64,000 nucleotides of DNA from Alphaproteobacteria bacterium (GCA_009380075.1 WHSO01000007.1:14099-78098); one strand, 5' to 3'; numbered from the stretch's first letter, positions 8,828 through 19,997 are shown. Numbers and translations: made by a program. The notes: generated by a model not told the origin, from the sequence alone.

Positions 8828-10900
8828 GTGTTCCGTTCCCCCGCTCCCATCCTCAAGGCGCGCAGCGTCGCCATCGTCGGCGCGTCAGACCGCGCCAAGT
8901 GGCCGCTGACCATTTACGAGAACCTGCGCGACAACGGCTACGACGGCCGCGTCTATCCCATCAATCCGCGCCGGGACGAGGTCTGGGGGGTCAAATGCTA
9001 CCCCGGCTTCGCCGCCCTGCCGCAGGCGCCGGACCTCGGCCTGTTCATCATCCCGGCCGAAGCGGTGATGGACTCCATGCAGGAGGCCGTCGCCCATGGG
9101 CTCAAGGCCGCCATCGTCTACGCCGCCAACATCGGCGAAGGCACCGACCCGGAGATTGTCGCCCGCGGCGCGCGCCTCAGGGCGCTCTGCACCGAAGCGG
9201 GCGTGACCCTCGGCGGGCCCAACTGCATGGGTGGCATGGCGGTGCGGGAGAAGCTGTTCCTCTATCCCAACAAGCCGATCTGCCGCCGCCCGCCCGGTCC
9301 CGTCGGCGCCGTCTTCCAGTCCGGCGGCACGCTCCAGTTCTGGGTGCAGACGGCGCAGACCCGGGGATTGCGCTTTTCCTACGCCATGTCGTCGGGCAAC
9401 GAGCTCGGACTCGACCTGGCGGACTACGTGAACTACCTCGTGGACGACGCGGAGACCACAACCATCGTGCTGTTTATCGAAGGCATCCGGCGCATGGACG
9501 CCTTCAAGACCGCCTGCAACCGTGCTTTGGCGGCCGGAAAGCCCATCCTTGCCGTCAAAACCGGACGTACCCAACGCTCGCGCGAGGCCGCGCAATCGCA
9601 TACCGGCGCCATTGGCGGCGACTGGTCCGGCTATCTGGCGCTGTGCGAACGCTACGGAATCGTCAATTGCGCGACGCTGGACGACCTGACCGAGACCGTT
9701 CTCGCCTTCCAGCAACGCCGCCTGCCCAAGGGTCCGCGTATCGGCGTGGTCACTACCTCGGGCGGCACCGTGGACCTGATGTACGATTACGCGGCTGATA
9801 CCGGCGCCGTCATGCCCGCTTTCGCGAGAAAGACGATCGAGCGCATCCGCCCGCACATCCCGCCGGAGATGACGCCCAAGAACCCGCTCGATTCGGGTAT
9901 TCCCGCGGGCAACAAGACCATGGCCGCGATCTGTCAGGCGGTGCTGGACGATCCGGCGGTGGACGTGCTGGCCGTCGCCGGGCAGATTTCGGCCGGGCGT
10001 GCCGACCTCGATGCGGCGGAGCCGATCAAGGTGCTCATGGACTACTCGCCCAAGCCCATCATCGGCTTCGGGCGCATGCGCTACCAGATGAGCGACGAAA
10101 GCATCCGCTACCAGGACCACGTCGGCATTCCCTTCCTGCAGGGGCTTCCGGAAACCCTGCGGGCGCTCAACGCCCTGGCCGCGTATGGCGCCAAGGCGGG
10201 CGGCTCGGTGCCGAAGCTTCCCGTGGCCAAGGGCCGTCCGGCCGACCTGGACGGGGCGGCATTCGAGAAACTGCTGAAGGCCCATCACGTCACCCCGCCC
10301 AAAAGCAAACTGTGCACAACGGCGGCCGAGGCTGCGCGGGCGGCGCGGCGGATCGGCTTCCCGGTCGCGGTCAAGGTCGTCGCGCCCAAATTCTCCCACA
10401 AGACCGAGGTCGGCGGCGTCATGCTCAGCCTCGCCTCGGCGACGGAGGTGACGAAGGCGGTCCGCACGCTCGCCGCGCGAATCCGCAAGCGTGACCGCAA
10501 GGCCAAGATCACCGGCTACCTGGTGCAGCAAATGGTCGCGGGCGTCGAGATGATCGCCGGCTGCCGCACCGACCCCGTCTACGGGCCGGTGCTGCTGTTG
10601 GGTGCCGGTGGCACCCTGGTCGAGTTGATGCAGGACGCGACCCAACGCCTGCTGCCGGTCACGGCGAGGGACGTGCGTGCGATGCTGAGCGAGCTCAAAA
10701 CGAAGGCGCTCCTCGCCGGCTTCCGCGGCGCGAGGCCCGCCGATACCGCGGCGCTGGTGCGCGCCGTGGTCGGCTTGGGGCGGATTTTCCTCGACCATCG
10801 CGAGACGCTCGCCGATCTCGAGGTCAACCCGCTGATCGTGCGGGAAAAGGGCAAGGGGGTAGCCGCCGTGGATGTGCGTCCGGTTCGGCGGAAGGGTTAG
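8828..10900 (+). CDS. acyl-CoA synthetase (NDP/ADP-forming; CoA-binding + ATP-grasp domains), FerA-like
   Basis: 690 aa. N-terminal CoA-binding domain (SVAIVGASDRAKWPLTIYENL) and C-terminal ATP-grasp domain. Same architecture as ADP-forming feruloyl-CoA synthetases. Confidence 0.8.
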   Translation: MFRSPAPILKARSVAIVGASDRAKWPLTIYENLRDNGYDGRVYPINPRRDEVWGVKCYPGFAALPQAPDLGLFIIPAEAVMDSMQEAVAHGLKAAIVYAANIGEGTDPEIVARGARLRALCTEAGVTLGGPNCMGGMAVREKLFLYPNKPICRRPPGPVGAVFQSGGTLQFWVQTAQTRGLRFSYAMSSGNELGLDLADYVNYLVDDAETTTIVLFIEGIRRMDAFKTACNRALAAGKPILAVKTGRTQRSREAAQSHTGAIGGDWSGYLALCERYGIVNCATLDDLTETVLAFQQRRLPKGPRIGVVTTSGGTVDLMYDYAADTGAVMPAFARKTIERIRPHIPPEMTPKNPLDSGIPAGNKTMAAICQAVLDDPAVDVLAVAGQISAGRADLDAAEPIKVLMDYSPKPIIGFGRMRYQMSDESIRYQDHVGIPFLQGLPETLRALNALAAYGAKAGGSVPKLPVAKGRPADLDGAAFEKLLKAHHVTPPKSKLCTTAAEAARAARRIGFPVAVKVVAPKFSHKTEVGGVMLSLASATEVTKAVRTLAARIRKRDRKAKITGYLVQQMVAGVEMIAGCRTDPVYGPVLLLGAGGTLVELMQDATQRLLPVTARDVRAMLSELKTKALLAGFRGARPADTAALVRAVVGLGRIFLDHRETLADLEVNPLIVREKGKGVAAVDVRPVRRKG

Positions 10901-10909
10901 GAGGGGCTT

Positions 10910-12064
10910 ATGGATTTCGAACTGCCGGAGGAGCTGCGGCTACTGAAGGAGACGCTGCGCCGCTACGTCGATACGGAGATGATCCCGATCGAGAAAGGGA
11001 CCTGCGACGGCGTCAAGCTCAAGCCGGAATACCGCGAAAGGTTCGATGCGGATTCGAAGCGCCTCGGCCTGTGGCTGATGGACGTGCCGGAGGAATTCGG
11101 CGGCCAGGGCATGGGCGTGCTCGCCACCGTGGTGGTGACGGAGCAGATGGCGCGCACCATCGCGCTGCCGGCGCGTGGCGGCTACTTCACCGGACCCAAT
11201 GTGCGCTCGATCCTCTATGAGCTCGATGACGAGATGAAGGAGTTTTATCTCTATCCCGTCATCCGCGGCGAAAAGCACGCCTGCTTCGGCCAGACCGAGC
11301 CCGACGCCGGTTCCGATCCCGGTTCCATGCGCACCACCGCGGTGCGCGACGGCGACGACTACGTCATCAACGGCGTCAAGCGCTTCATCACCGGCGCGGG
11401 GGAGGCCGATTTCATCCAGCTCATGGCGGCGACCGATCGTTCGAAGGGTTCGCGGGGCGGCATTTCCTGCTTCATCGTCGACATGGACACGCCCGGCGTG
11501 AAATTGACCGCCCAGTACGAGACGATGATGGGCGACAAGCCGTGGGAGATCGTCTTCGACAACGTGCGCGTGCCGGCGTCACACCGGGTCGGCGGCGAGG
11601 GGGAGGGCTTCAAGCTCGGACAGCGCTGGCTCGGCGCCGGACGGCTGCGGCACGGCGCGCGCGCCCTCGGCGTGGCCGAGCGCTGCATCGAGATGATGAC
11701 CTCCTACGCCAAGCAGCGCGTGACCTTCGGCAAGCCGCTCGCCGACCGTCAGGCGATCCAGTGGATGATAGCGGATTCCTTCGTCGAGCTCCATGCGGCG
11801 CGGCTGATGGTCTATCACGCCGCGGCCAAGGCGGAATCCGGCGTCGATTTCCGCCAAGAAGCCTACATGGCGAAATACTATGCCGACGAGATGGCCTTTC
11901 GGGTCGCCGACCGCTGCCTGCAGGTGCACGGCGGCATCGGCCTGACCACCGACCTGCCGATCGAGCGCATGTGGCGCCAGCAGCGCTCCTTCCGCATCAC
12001 CGAGGGGGCCAGCGAGGTGATGAAAATGGTCATCGCGCGCGGCGTGCTGCGCGATTACGGATGA
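10910..12064 (+). CDS. acyl-CoA dehydrogenase
   Basis: 384 aa. ACAD N-, middle and C-domains. Catalytic-region motif ITEGASEVMK near the C-terminus. Confidence 0.9.
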   Translation: MDFELPEELRLLKETLRRYVDTEMIPIEKGTCDGVKLKPEYRERFDADSKRLGLWLMDVPEEFGGQGMGVLATVVVTEQMARTIALPARGGYFTGPNVRSILYELDDEMKEFYLYPVIRGEKHACFGQTEPDAGSDPGSMRTTAVRDGDDYVINGVKRFITGAGEADFIQLMAATDRSKGSRGGISCFIVDMDTPGVKLTAQYETMMGDKPWEIVFDNVRVPASHRVGGEGEGFKLGQRWLGAGRLRHGARALGVAERCIEMMTSYAKQRVTFGKPLADRQAIQWMIADSFVELHAARLMVYHAAAKAESGVDFRQEAYMAKYYADEMAFRVADRCLQVHGGIGLTTDLPIERMWRQQRSFRITEGASEVMKMVIARGVLRDYG

Positions 12065-12172
12065 TCGCCGGAAACCCATGGAAACCGCCTGTTTCCGTGG
12101 CTTGCGCCCATCCGTTGGCGTTGCTACCCTGCGGGCGAATCACGATAAGTTCCGAAATCTGGGGAGCGCCAC

Positions 12173-13054
12173 ATGGCTACAGTCCTGAAGTCGTCCAAAA
12201 GCAAGAGCACCAAGAGCAAGAAGACCGTCCGCAACCTCGAAACCGTCATCATCGAAAAGGAGGACGGGATCGCCTGGTGCATCTTCAACCGGCCCGAAAA
12301 GCGCAACGCCATGAGCCCGCAGCTTCACCTGGACATGAACCAGGCGCTGGAGGAGCTCGCCATCGATCCGGAGGTGCAGGTTCTGATCATCACCGGCGCC
12401 GGCAAGGCCTTTTCCGCCGGGCAGGACATCCGCCTCTATTTCCGCGGCACCACCGACGATCCGGCCAAGCGCCACAAGGCCAAGCATGCGTCCCACGCCT
12501 GGCGCTGGACCAAGCTTGCGAGCTTCCCCAAGCCCACCATCGCCATGGTCAACGGTTTCTGCTTCGGCGGTGCCTTCACCCAGGTTTCGGCCTGCGACTT
12601 CGCCATCGCCGCCGACGACGCCATCTTCGGCCTGTCGGAGATCAACTGGGGCATCCTGCCCGGCGGCATCGTCAGTTGGAACGTGGTCGAGATGATGTCG
12701 ATGCGCGACGCCATGTACTACGCCTGCACCGGCGAAACCTTCACCGGCAAGCAGGCGGCGGCCATGCGCTTCGTCACCAAGTCGGCGCCCAAGGCGAAGC
12801 TTCGGGCGGAGACGGTCAAGCTCGCCAAGCTGCTGCAGCAGAAGAGCCCCGCCGCGCTACGTTACACAAAGGAAGGCATCCGCGCGGTGCGCTACATGAG
12901 CGTCGACCAGGCCGCCGACTACCTCAACGCCAAGTCCGACGCCCTCAAGTATGTCGACAAGGAACGCAGCCGCGAAAAGGGCATGAAGCAGTTCCTCGAC
13001 GACAAGACCTATCGCCCGGGGCTCGGCCACTTCGACCGGTCGAAGGGGCTCTGA
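12173..13054 (+). CDS. enoyl-CoA hydratase/isomerase family protein resembling hydroxycinnamoyl-CoA hydratase-lyase (HCHL/Ech)
   Basis: Crotonase fold. RPEKRNAMSP, MVNGFCFGG, GLSEINWGI and C-terminal GMKQFLDDKTYRPGL are very similar to characterised HCHL enzymes as recalled from memory (not searched). Unusual Lys/Ser-rich N-terminal extension. GGGGAG RBS. Confidence 0.65.
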   Translation: MATVLKSSKSKSTKSKKTVRNLETVIIEKEDGIAWCIFNRPEKRNAMSPQLHLDMNQALEELAIDPEVQVLIITGAGKAFSAGQDIRLYFRGTTDDPAKRHKAKHASHAWRWTKLASFPKPTIAMVNGFCFGGAFTQVSACDFAIAADDAIFGLSEINWGILPGGIVSWNVVEMMSMRDAMYYACTGETFTGKQAAAMRFVTKSAPKAKLRAETVKLAKLLQQKSPAALRYTKEGIRAVRYMSVDQAADYLNAKSDALKYVDKERSREKGMKQFLDDKTYRPGLGHFDRSKGL

Positions 13055-13108
13055 CGGGCGGCCGCGGGCGACCCGGCGTCGCCTGCGGCTTCGCGCCACT
13101 ATCCCGCC

Positions 13109-14098
13109 ATGGCCACCATCGGTATCGTCGGCCTCGGCAACCTGGGCATGGCGATGGCAGCCAACCTGATCGCGCGCGGTCACCGGGTGGTCGGCTATCG
13201 CCGTTCGCCCATGACCGCGTTCGAGGCCGCGGGCGGTACCCCCGCCGCCTCGTCCCGCGACGTCGCCGAACGCGCCGACCTCGTCGTCACCAGCCTGCCA
13301 TCGGGCGGCGCCCTGGCGGAGGTGGTTTCCGGCGCCAACGGCATCGCTTCGGCAAAACGTCCCGGCCTCGCCGTATTCGAGTTGTCCACCGTGCCCCTCA
13401 AGGCCAAGCTCGCGGAGAAAGCGAAGCTCGAAGCTGCCGGCATGGTCATGCTCGACGGCACCGTGAGCGGCAACCCGGTCTATTTCGCCAACCGCACGGC
13501 GGCCGTCTTCATCGGCGGCGACCGCAGCGCCTTCGATGCCCATGCCGCCGTCCTACGCGACATGACCGACAAGGTGACCTGGCTCGGCCCCTTCGGCGCG
13601 GGACGGGTGGCGAAATTCGTCGCCCTCTACCTCGTCTGCGTCCATACCCTCGCCGCGGCGGAGGCGTTCGAACTGGCGACCCGGGCCGGCCTCGATCGCG
13701 CGGCCATGTTCGACGCCATCGCCGGTTCGAACGCGTCGTCCGCGATGCTCGAAAGCCGGGGCGCGCTCATGCTGGCCCGCGAATATTCGAGCTTCAGCCA
13801 GGACAAGGAAGGCAAGGCCACGGCGCGGGCGGCGGACGCGAGCGGCGGGACGGGGGACGCGGCCCCAGTGCGCGGCATGGCGAGCCGCGTGCGCCAGGTC
13901 GAAAAACTGACCGAATTCGCCCACGCGTTGGGCGGCCACTATCCGTTGCTTGACGCCATGAAGGCTGTCTACGGCGAAGCGATCGCCGCCGGGGTCGGGC
14001 GCTATGATATCGCCGAGGTGTTCGAGCATCTCATGGGCGAGGGGCCCGAATCGGTGGAATTCCGAAAGGTTCTGGACCTCCTGACCAAAACCGGGTGA
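13109..14098 (+). CDS. NAD(P)-dependent oxidoreductase, 3-hydroxyisobutyrate dehydrogenase family
   Basis: Rossmann motif IGIVGLGNLGMAMAANL at the N-terminus. 6PGDH-like C-terminal domain. Confidence 0.7.
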   Translation: MATIGIVGLGNLGMAMAANLIARGHRVVGYRRSPMTAFEAAGGTPAASSRDVAERADLVVTSLPSGGALAEVVSGANGIASAKRPGLAVFELSTVPLKAKLAEKAKLEAAGMVMLDGTVSGNPVYFANRTAAVFIGGDRSAFDAHAAVLRDMTDKVTWLGPFGAGRVAKFVALYLVCVHTLAAAEAFELATRAGLDRAAMFDAIAGSNASSAMLESRGALMLAREYSSFSQDKEGKATARAADASGGTGDAAPVRGMASRVRQVEKLTEFAHALGGHYPLLDAMKAVYGEAIAAGVGRYDIAEVFEHLMGEGPESVEFRKVLDLLTKTG

Positions 14099-14189
14099 GT
14101 GCGGGAGGCTCGCGCATCCGGGGCCTGCACAGGGCGCCGAGCCGTGTTATATTGGTGCCCACGCGACAAAAAACCGCGAGGAGGAAATT

Positions 14190-14702
14190 ATGTCCGTAGA
14201 AGAAATGGCCCCGGTCAACGACATTGGCGCATTCAAGAACGAAGGCACCCGCCCCGACATCACGGGCACCCCGGAAAAGCCCGTGTTCTTCCAGTTGCGC
14301 GCCCAGATGTTAAAGCAGGGCCGCACCAATATCCCGGTCTGCAAGACCAGGAACATGTGGACCGTGCTCAAGGTCTATGCCTCGGGCGGCGAGAACGGCC
14401 TGCATACGCATACCCGGGAAGACCACATGTTCGTGGTCATGCAGGGGTCGGCACGGTTCTATGGCCCGAACGGCGAAACTCATGACGTGAAGAGGCACGG
14501 CGGGGTGCTGCTCCCGGCCCATGCCTACTATCATTTCCACGCCACTTCGGAAGAGCCGCTGGTGCTGCTGCGTGTCGGATGCAAGGCGGGCGAGGGCGAC
14601 ATGTCCCAGCGCCTCAACATCAAGGGCGGGGCCATGCCCGGCCATCACCCCGACAACAAGCAGGTCGAGGTGATCTACAAGGAAGGCGAATTCTTCGAAT
14701 AA
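14190..14702 (+). CDS. cupin domain protein (paralog of 693..1193)
   Basis: GGAGGA RBS. Motif LHTHTREDHMFVVMQGSARFYGPNGE parallels the first cupin. Confidence 0.7.
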   Translation: MSVEEMAPVNDIGAFKNEGTRPDITGTPEKPVFFQLRAQMLKQGRTNIPVCKTRNMWTVLKVYASGGENGLHTHTREDHMFVVMQGSARFYGPNGETHDVKRHGGVLLPAHAYYHFHATSEEPLVLLRVGCKAGEGDMSQRLNIKGGAMPGHHPDNKQVEVIYKEGEFFE

Positions 14703-14741
14703 GCCGTCCTTACAAGTCAGACGTTTCCGCGATGCCGGCGC

Positions 14742-15536
14742 TCACAACGCCGGCATCAGCTTTTCGGACGTGAGGAAGTCGATGACGGCGGCGTCGAAGG
14801 CGGCCGGGTCCTCGAGGCAGCAGGCATGACCGGCGCCGGGGATCGTGACATGCCGGCCGCGGGGCAGAAGGTCGGCCATGCCGCGGCCGCGCGGCAGGGC
14901 GTTGTCGAGCGCGCCGTTGACGACGAGGACCGGCAGGTCGAGCGTTCGGCACCCTTCCGTCACGTCCGACACGGCCAGCGCGCGGAACCCCTGGGCGATG
15001 GCCTTGCCCGACAGTGTCGGGTCCCGCTCGGAAAAGATGTTGAGCAGGTAGCGGCCGAGGGGCGATGCGGCGAACGCGGGCGATACCAGGGAGCGCAGGT
15101 GTTCGGCGTGATAGCCGGGCAGGTCCGGGCCCTCGTACCCCTTGATGCGGCGGTCGAAATTGGCGCCCCGGGGTTCCGATCCCGAACCGACGGCAATGAT
15201 CGCCGCGATCTCGTCCGTATGGTCGATGCCCATCTTCATGACGATGCGCGAGCCGACACTGACGCCCAGGATCACCGCGCCCTCGGCACCTTCGTCGTGT
15301 ATCACACCCATGACGTCGGCGACCATGTCGTCGATGGTGAAGGGGGTTTCGACGCGGGCGGAACGTCCGTAGGAGCGGATATCCACGGCAATCACGCGGA
15401 ACCAGGTCGAGAGCCGCGCGCGCTGGTAGAGAAACAGGTCGTGATCGAACGGATTGGCATGAACGAGGACGAGGGGCGGTCCCTTTCCGGACACCTCGTA
15501 CCAGATATCGACGCCATTGGCGCGTGAAAGCGGCAT
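14742..15536 (-). CDS. alpha/beta hydrolase fold protein
   Basis: 264 aa from ATG at 15536. Nucleophile elbow GVSVGS. The ATG lies 8 nt downstream of the RND permease stop on the same strand. The upstream part of the reported ORF overlaps the RND gene and is discarded. Confidence 0.75.
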   Translation of the reverse strand: MPLSRANGVDIWYEVSGKGPPLVLVHANPFDHDLFLYQRARLSTWFRVIAVDIRSYGRSARVETPFTIDDMVADVMGVIHDEGAEGAVILGVSVGSRIVMKMGIDHTDEIAAIIAVGSGSEPRGANFDRRIKGYEGPDLPGYHAEHLRSLVSPAFAASPLGRYLLNIFSERDPTLSGKAIAQGFRALAVSDVTEGCRTLDLPVLVVNGALDNALPRGRGMADLLPRGRHVTIPGAGHACCLEDPAAFDAAVIDFLTSEKLMPAL

Positions 15537-15544
15537 GGCGTGGC

Positions 15545-18500
15545 CTATTCCGCGGCGATTGCGGCGTGCTCCGCCTCGAGCGACCGGGCGCGGCCTATTT
15601 CGCCGCGCAGCTTCCAGGTCAGCAGCGACAGGAGCGGCGGGATGAGAAGCAGCGTGAGCGCCGCCGACAGGGCAAGGCCGCCGATGACGACCGAGCCGAG
15701 GCCGCGGTACAGTTCGGATCCGGCGCCGGGCGACAGCACCAGCGGCAGCATGCCGAACACGGTCGTGAGCGTCGACATGAAGATCGGCCGGATGCGGGTG
15801 GCGGTGGAATCGAGGATCGCCTCCTCCGGCGTCATGCCGGATTCGCGAACGTTCGACAGGGTATAGGTGACGAGCAGGATGGAGTTGTTCACCACGGTGC
15901 CGATCAGGATGATGAAGCCGAGCAGGGTGAGCATGTCCAGCGGCTGCCGGTCGGAGGCCGGCAACACGACCGTGTTGAGGAACCACAAGCCGATCACGCC
16001 GCCCGCGGTGGCGAGCGGCACCGACAGGATGATGATGAAGGGATAGATGAAGCTTTCCAGGATCACCGCCATGACCAGGAACACGACGACGACGGCGACC
16101 AGCAGGTCGAACTTCAGGTGATTCCAGGTTTTTGCAAGTTCGTCCGCCGCGCCCGACAGGCGGATCTTGACGCCGGGCGGCAGGCCTTCCTTCTCAAGGA
16201 CGTCGACCACCTCCGTTTGGACCTTGTTGATGACGGTCTCGAGCGGAACGAGCTTCGACGGCCGTATGTCGAGCTGGACGTAGCGCGTGCGCTCCAGGTG
16301 CCAGACCTGCGTCGGACCGGAGGTAACCTCGACCCTGGCCAGCGAGGAGGCGGGCACGATGCGGCCGTCGCGGGTAACCACCGGCAGTGAACTGATTCCT
16401 TGCGTCGCCGTGACCAGATTTTCCGGCCCGCGCAGGGTCAGGTCCATGCGGCGGTCGCCGACGGTGATCTCGGCGATGCGCACGCCGTCGTTGAAGGCAT
16501 CCACCGTCTGGGCGAATTCGCGTGCCGTCAGGCCGGCATCGGCGAGGCGCAACTGATCCGGCGTGAGGCGGATTTCCGGCGCGCCCAGTTCGAGCCCCGG
16601 CCGCGGCCGCACCCGGTGGCCTTCATGGCGCGGCAGCACGTCGCGCAGCATGTCGTCGATACGCCGCGCGACTGCGAGGTTCTGTTCGAGGTCGGGCCCC
16701 GAAATATCCACGTCTATCGAACGTGAACCCCCAACCCCACGCGAAAAGATGGATGACTGCTCGACCGATCCGCGTGTCCCGGGTTCGCGCAGGACGGGCT
16801 CCTCGATCAGGCCTTCGAGTTCCCGCGCGCGCCTGGGATCGACGGCGCTCGCGCCGATGAAGGTTTGATCGTTGCGCGCAACGAAAAAGAAGTGGTCGAT
16901 CCTGGGCGGTGCGCCCGGGCCGGCCACGGGGCCGGAAACGCTGGCCCAGTGGGGGCGGATGGATGCCTCGATGTCCTGGGCCGAACGCATCATGGTTTCG
17001 AGGTTGTAGCCGGGCGGGGGCGTGATGCGGCCCCAGACCTGGTTGCGGTTGCCGTCCGGCAGGAAGTCGAGCGGCGGCAGTGCCAGCGCCGTAAACAGCG
17101 CGGTGCCGCCGATCATGCCGCCGATCATGGCAAGAGCGGCAACCTTCGAGTGAATCACCAGCCGGGTCAGGCGCATGACTGCGGCCGCGAACCAGTGTGC
17201 GAAATCGTCCAGAAGCGGAATACGGAACCCTTGCTGGCCCTTGGAGGACACCTTTTTCAGCAGGGACCGCGACAGGGACGGCACCACGGTGATGGCGACG
17301 ATCAGGGACAGGGTGACGGCCACCGAGAGCGCCACGGCGATATCGCGGAACAACTGCCCCACGGTCAATTCAAGCATCAGCACCGGCGCGAAAACGACAA
17401 CGGTGGTCAGGGCGGAGGCGAAGACCGCCGCCCAGACCTGTTTCGTGCCGAGGAGGGCGGCCACCATGGGTGATTTGCCCTCCTCGCGGTAGCGGTAGAT
17501 ATTCTCAAGCACGACGATGGCGGCGTCCACCACCATGCCGACCGCAAACGCGATACCGGCAAGGGAAATGACGTTGAGGGACCGGCCGAGCATCGCCATG
17601 GCGACGAATGCGCCGACGATGGACACCGGAATGGCCAGGGCCACTACCAGGGTCGGCCGCCACGAGCGCAGGAACAGGAGCAGGATCAGCGCCGCGAGCG
17701 TGCCGCCGGCCCAGATGTTCTGGGTGACCAGGTCGATGGCGGCGTCGATGTAGACCGTCTCGTCGTAAACCTGGATGATCTCCAGCTTTTCGGTCCGGAG
17801 GATATGGGTATTGAGTTCCTCGACAGCCGCCTTGATGCCGCGCATGGTATCGATCACGTTGGCGCCGGCTTCGCGCACGGCGTCCAGCGTGATGGTATCG
17901 TCGCCCAGGTAGCGCCGCCGCGACACCGGTTCCTTGTACCCGAACACCACGTCGGCGACGTCGCCGACGCGCACGCGGCTGACGCGGCCCGACCCGTCCT
18001 CGGATTCGCGGCGCAGAACGACGTCCTTGGCCTGGGCGACCGTGACGATCTCGCCCTCCGTGCGGACGATGTAGCTGCGCTTGCCTTCGTCCACCTTGCC
18101 TGCGGACGAGGAGGCACTGGCGTCGCGCAGTACGCGGAGCACGTCGGGCACGGTGAGCCTGTAAGCGGCCAGGCGTTCGGGATCAACGATGATGCGCAAT
18201 TCGCGCCGCGAACCGCCACGGAAGTCGGCGCCGGCGACACCGGGCACCCGTTCCAGGCGTTCCACCACCACGTCCTCGATCAGGTCGCCGTAGGTTTCGA
18301 GATCGCGCGTGTTGCCGTCGATCCGGCGGATAACGAAGTAGGCGATGGGCCGTCGTCGGATCCGCGGGTCAGGATGCGCGGCTCGTCGGCCTCCAGCGGC
18401 AGATCGTCGATACCCGAAAGACGGTTGCCGATCAGCAGCATCGCCTTGTCGATGTTGTATCCGATCTCGAACTCCATTCGGATACGGGAGCTTCCGAGCG

Positions 18501-18756
18501 TCGAGCGGCTCGACAGTTCGATCATCCCTTCGAGGCCGCCCAGCTCCTGTTCGAGGCGGTTGGTGACTTCGCGTTCGACCTCAACCGGCGCCGCCCCCGA
18601 CCACCGCGTGCGGATATCGATCTGGGGCCGACGGATGTCGGGCGTAAGCTGGATCGGGATTGTCTGCAGGGCCACAAGACCGAACGCGAGCACCAGCAGA
18701 ACCGCCGCCATCACCGCGATGGGGCGCTTGAGGGATATCTCGATCAGCTTGTTCAT
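15545..18756 (-). CDS. RND efflux transporter permease subunit (AcrB/HAE1-like), interrupted by a single-base frameshift near 18352
   Basis: ORFs 18280..18756 and 15545..18271 encode contiguous halves of one RND permease. Restoring one C in gacgac(c)ggccc (plus strand 18341..18363) joins the frames. Confidence 0.8.
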
Positions 18757-19997
18757 TGCGTCAGCATTCCGTTGAACCGCACGCGGCTGCCGTCGCGCAA
18801 GCGTTCGTTGCCGCGCACGACGACGACATCGCCTGGTTTGAGACCGTCAAGCACCTCGATGCGCCCACCTACCGCTTCGCCCACCAGGACCGTGCGCAGA
18901 TGGGCACGGCTGTCGTTGACGACGAATACGGTCGGTTGGCCGCGCGTCGGCACCAGGGCGTCCTTGTGGACCGAAAGAATGTCGCGGCCGCCGCCGATCG
19001 GAATGCGGACCGTGACCGACTGGTTCGCGGCCAAGGTATCGGGCCGTTCGCCGAAGCGTGGCGTCAGACGTACCGTGCGGGTGCGGGTGCGGAGGTCTTC
19101 CTGGGGAACGACGGCGCGCACCACCGCGTCGTAGGCTTTGCCATCGCCGAGTTCGAAAACGCAGGCACTGCCGGGCTTGAGCGCTCCGGCGCGGTTCCCG
19201 GGCACGTCCACTTCGATCTCGAGGTTGCGGTCAGACACCATGGTGTAGATTGCCTCGCCTTCCTTCACGAAGGCGCCCATTTCGGTATGCCGGCGCGTGA
19301 TGGTGCCGTCATAGGGGGCAAGAATGCGGGAATAGGCGAGCAGGGTTTCCGTCAGCCCCAGGTTGGCACGGGCCTTCTGGACGTTGGCCTTGGCTTCGTT
19401 GATCTCGGTGCGCAGGCGGTTGACCTCGACCTGCTTGTCCTCGTAACGCGCTTTGGGGAATGCGGAGGACTCCTGGAGTTCGCCGTAACGCCTGAGTTCC
19501 TGTTCGGCGAGCTTGAGCCTCGACCGCGCCGTATTGACCGCGGCCTGCACCGCCGCCAGTTCGGCGGCCTTCTGGTCGCGGTCGAGCTTGAGCCGTTCAT
19601 CGGCGAGCAGGGCGAGAATCTGTCCCTTCTTGACGGAATCGCCGATATCGACCTTCATCTCCGCGACCGGCGCGTCGATGCGTGCGGCAACCATACCGGA
19701 ACGTACGGCAATCAGGCGGCCGACGACCGGAATGGTCTGAACCATCGGCACCGATCTCACCTTGTCGACCTGGACAAGTGTGCCGCCGCCCGAGCCACCC
19801 TTGCGATTCTTGCCGCCCTTTTCCCTGGTGCTACTGGTGCTGCCATCGGAGTCGTTGCTGGAATTCCTAGCATCGTCACCGGAGTCCTGGGCAACGGCGG
19901 TTGATACCAGCGCCGGCAAATTGGCGAGTCCCCACATCATCGCGCCGCCGGCCCAAGCCGCCACAACGGCGAACAAATACACGTGTCCTCTGCTCAC
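18753..19997 (-). CDS. efflux RND transporter periplasmic adaptor subunit (HlyD/MFP family)
   Basis: Membrane anchor, coiled-coil and beta-barrel regions. GTG at 19997 with a GGGAG RBS. Overlaps the permease start by 4 nt. Confidence 0.85.
   Translation of the reverse strand: MSRGHVYLFAVVAAWAGGAMMWGLANLPALVSTAVAQDSGDDARNSSNDSDGSTSSTREKGGKNRKGGSGGGTLVQVDKVRSVPMVQTIPVVGRLIAVRSGMVAARIDAPVAEMKVDIGDSVKKGQILALLADERLKLDRDQKAAELAAVQAAVNTARSRLKLAEQELRRYGELQESSAFPKARYEDKQVEVNRLRTEINEAKANVQKARANLGLTETLLAYSRILAPYDGTITRRHTEMGAFVKEGEAIYTMVSDRNLEIEVDVPGNRAGALKPGSACVFELGDGKAYDAVVRAVVPQEDLRTRTRTVRLTPRFGERPDTLAANQSVTVRIPIGGGRDILSVHKDALVPTRGQPTVFVVNDSRAHLRTVLVGEAVGGRIEVLDGLKPGDVVVVRGNERLRDGSRVRFNGMLTQ

Noticed and set aside
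8885-13953. Long ORFs 8885..10798(-) and 11542..13953(+)
   Set aside because: Overlap the acyl-CoA synthetase, ACAD, hydratase and dehydrogenase genes in other frames. Extremely Arg/Gly/Pro-rich. High-GC artefacts.
15524-19904. Plus-strand ORFs (15524..16390, 16865..17473, 17804..18775, 18756..19904) over the RND operon
   Set aside because: Antisense to the RND permease and adaptor. No recognisable domains.
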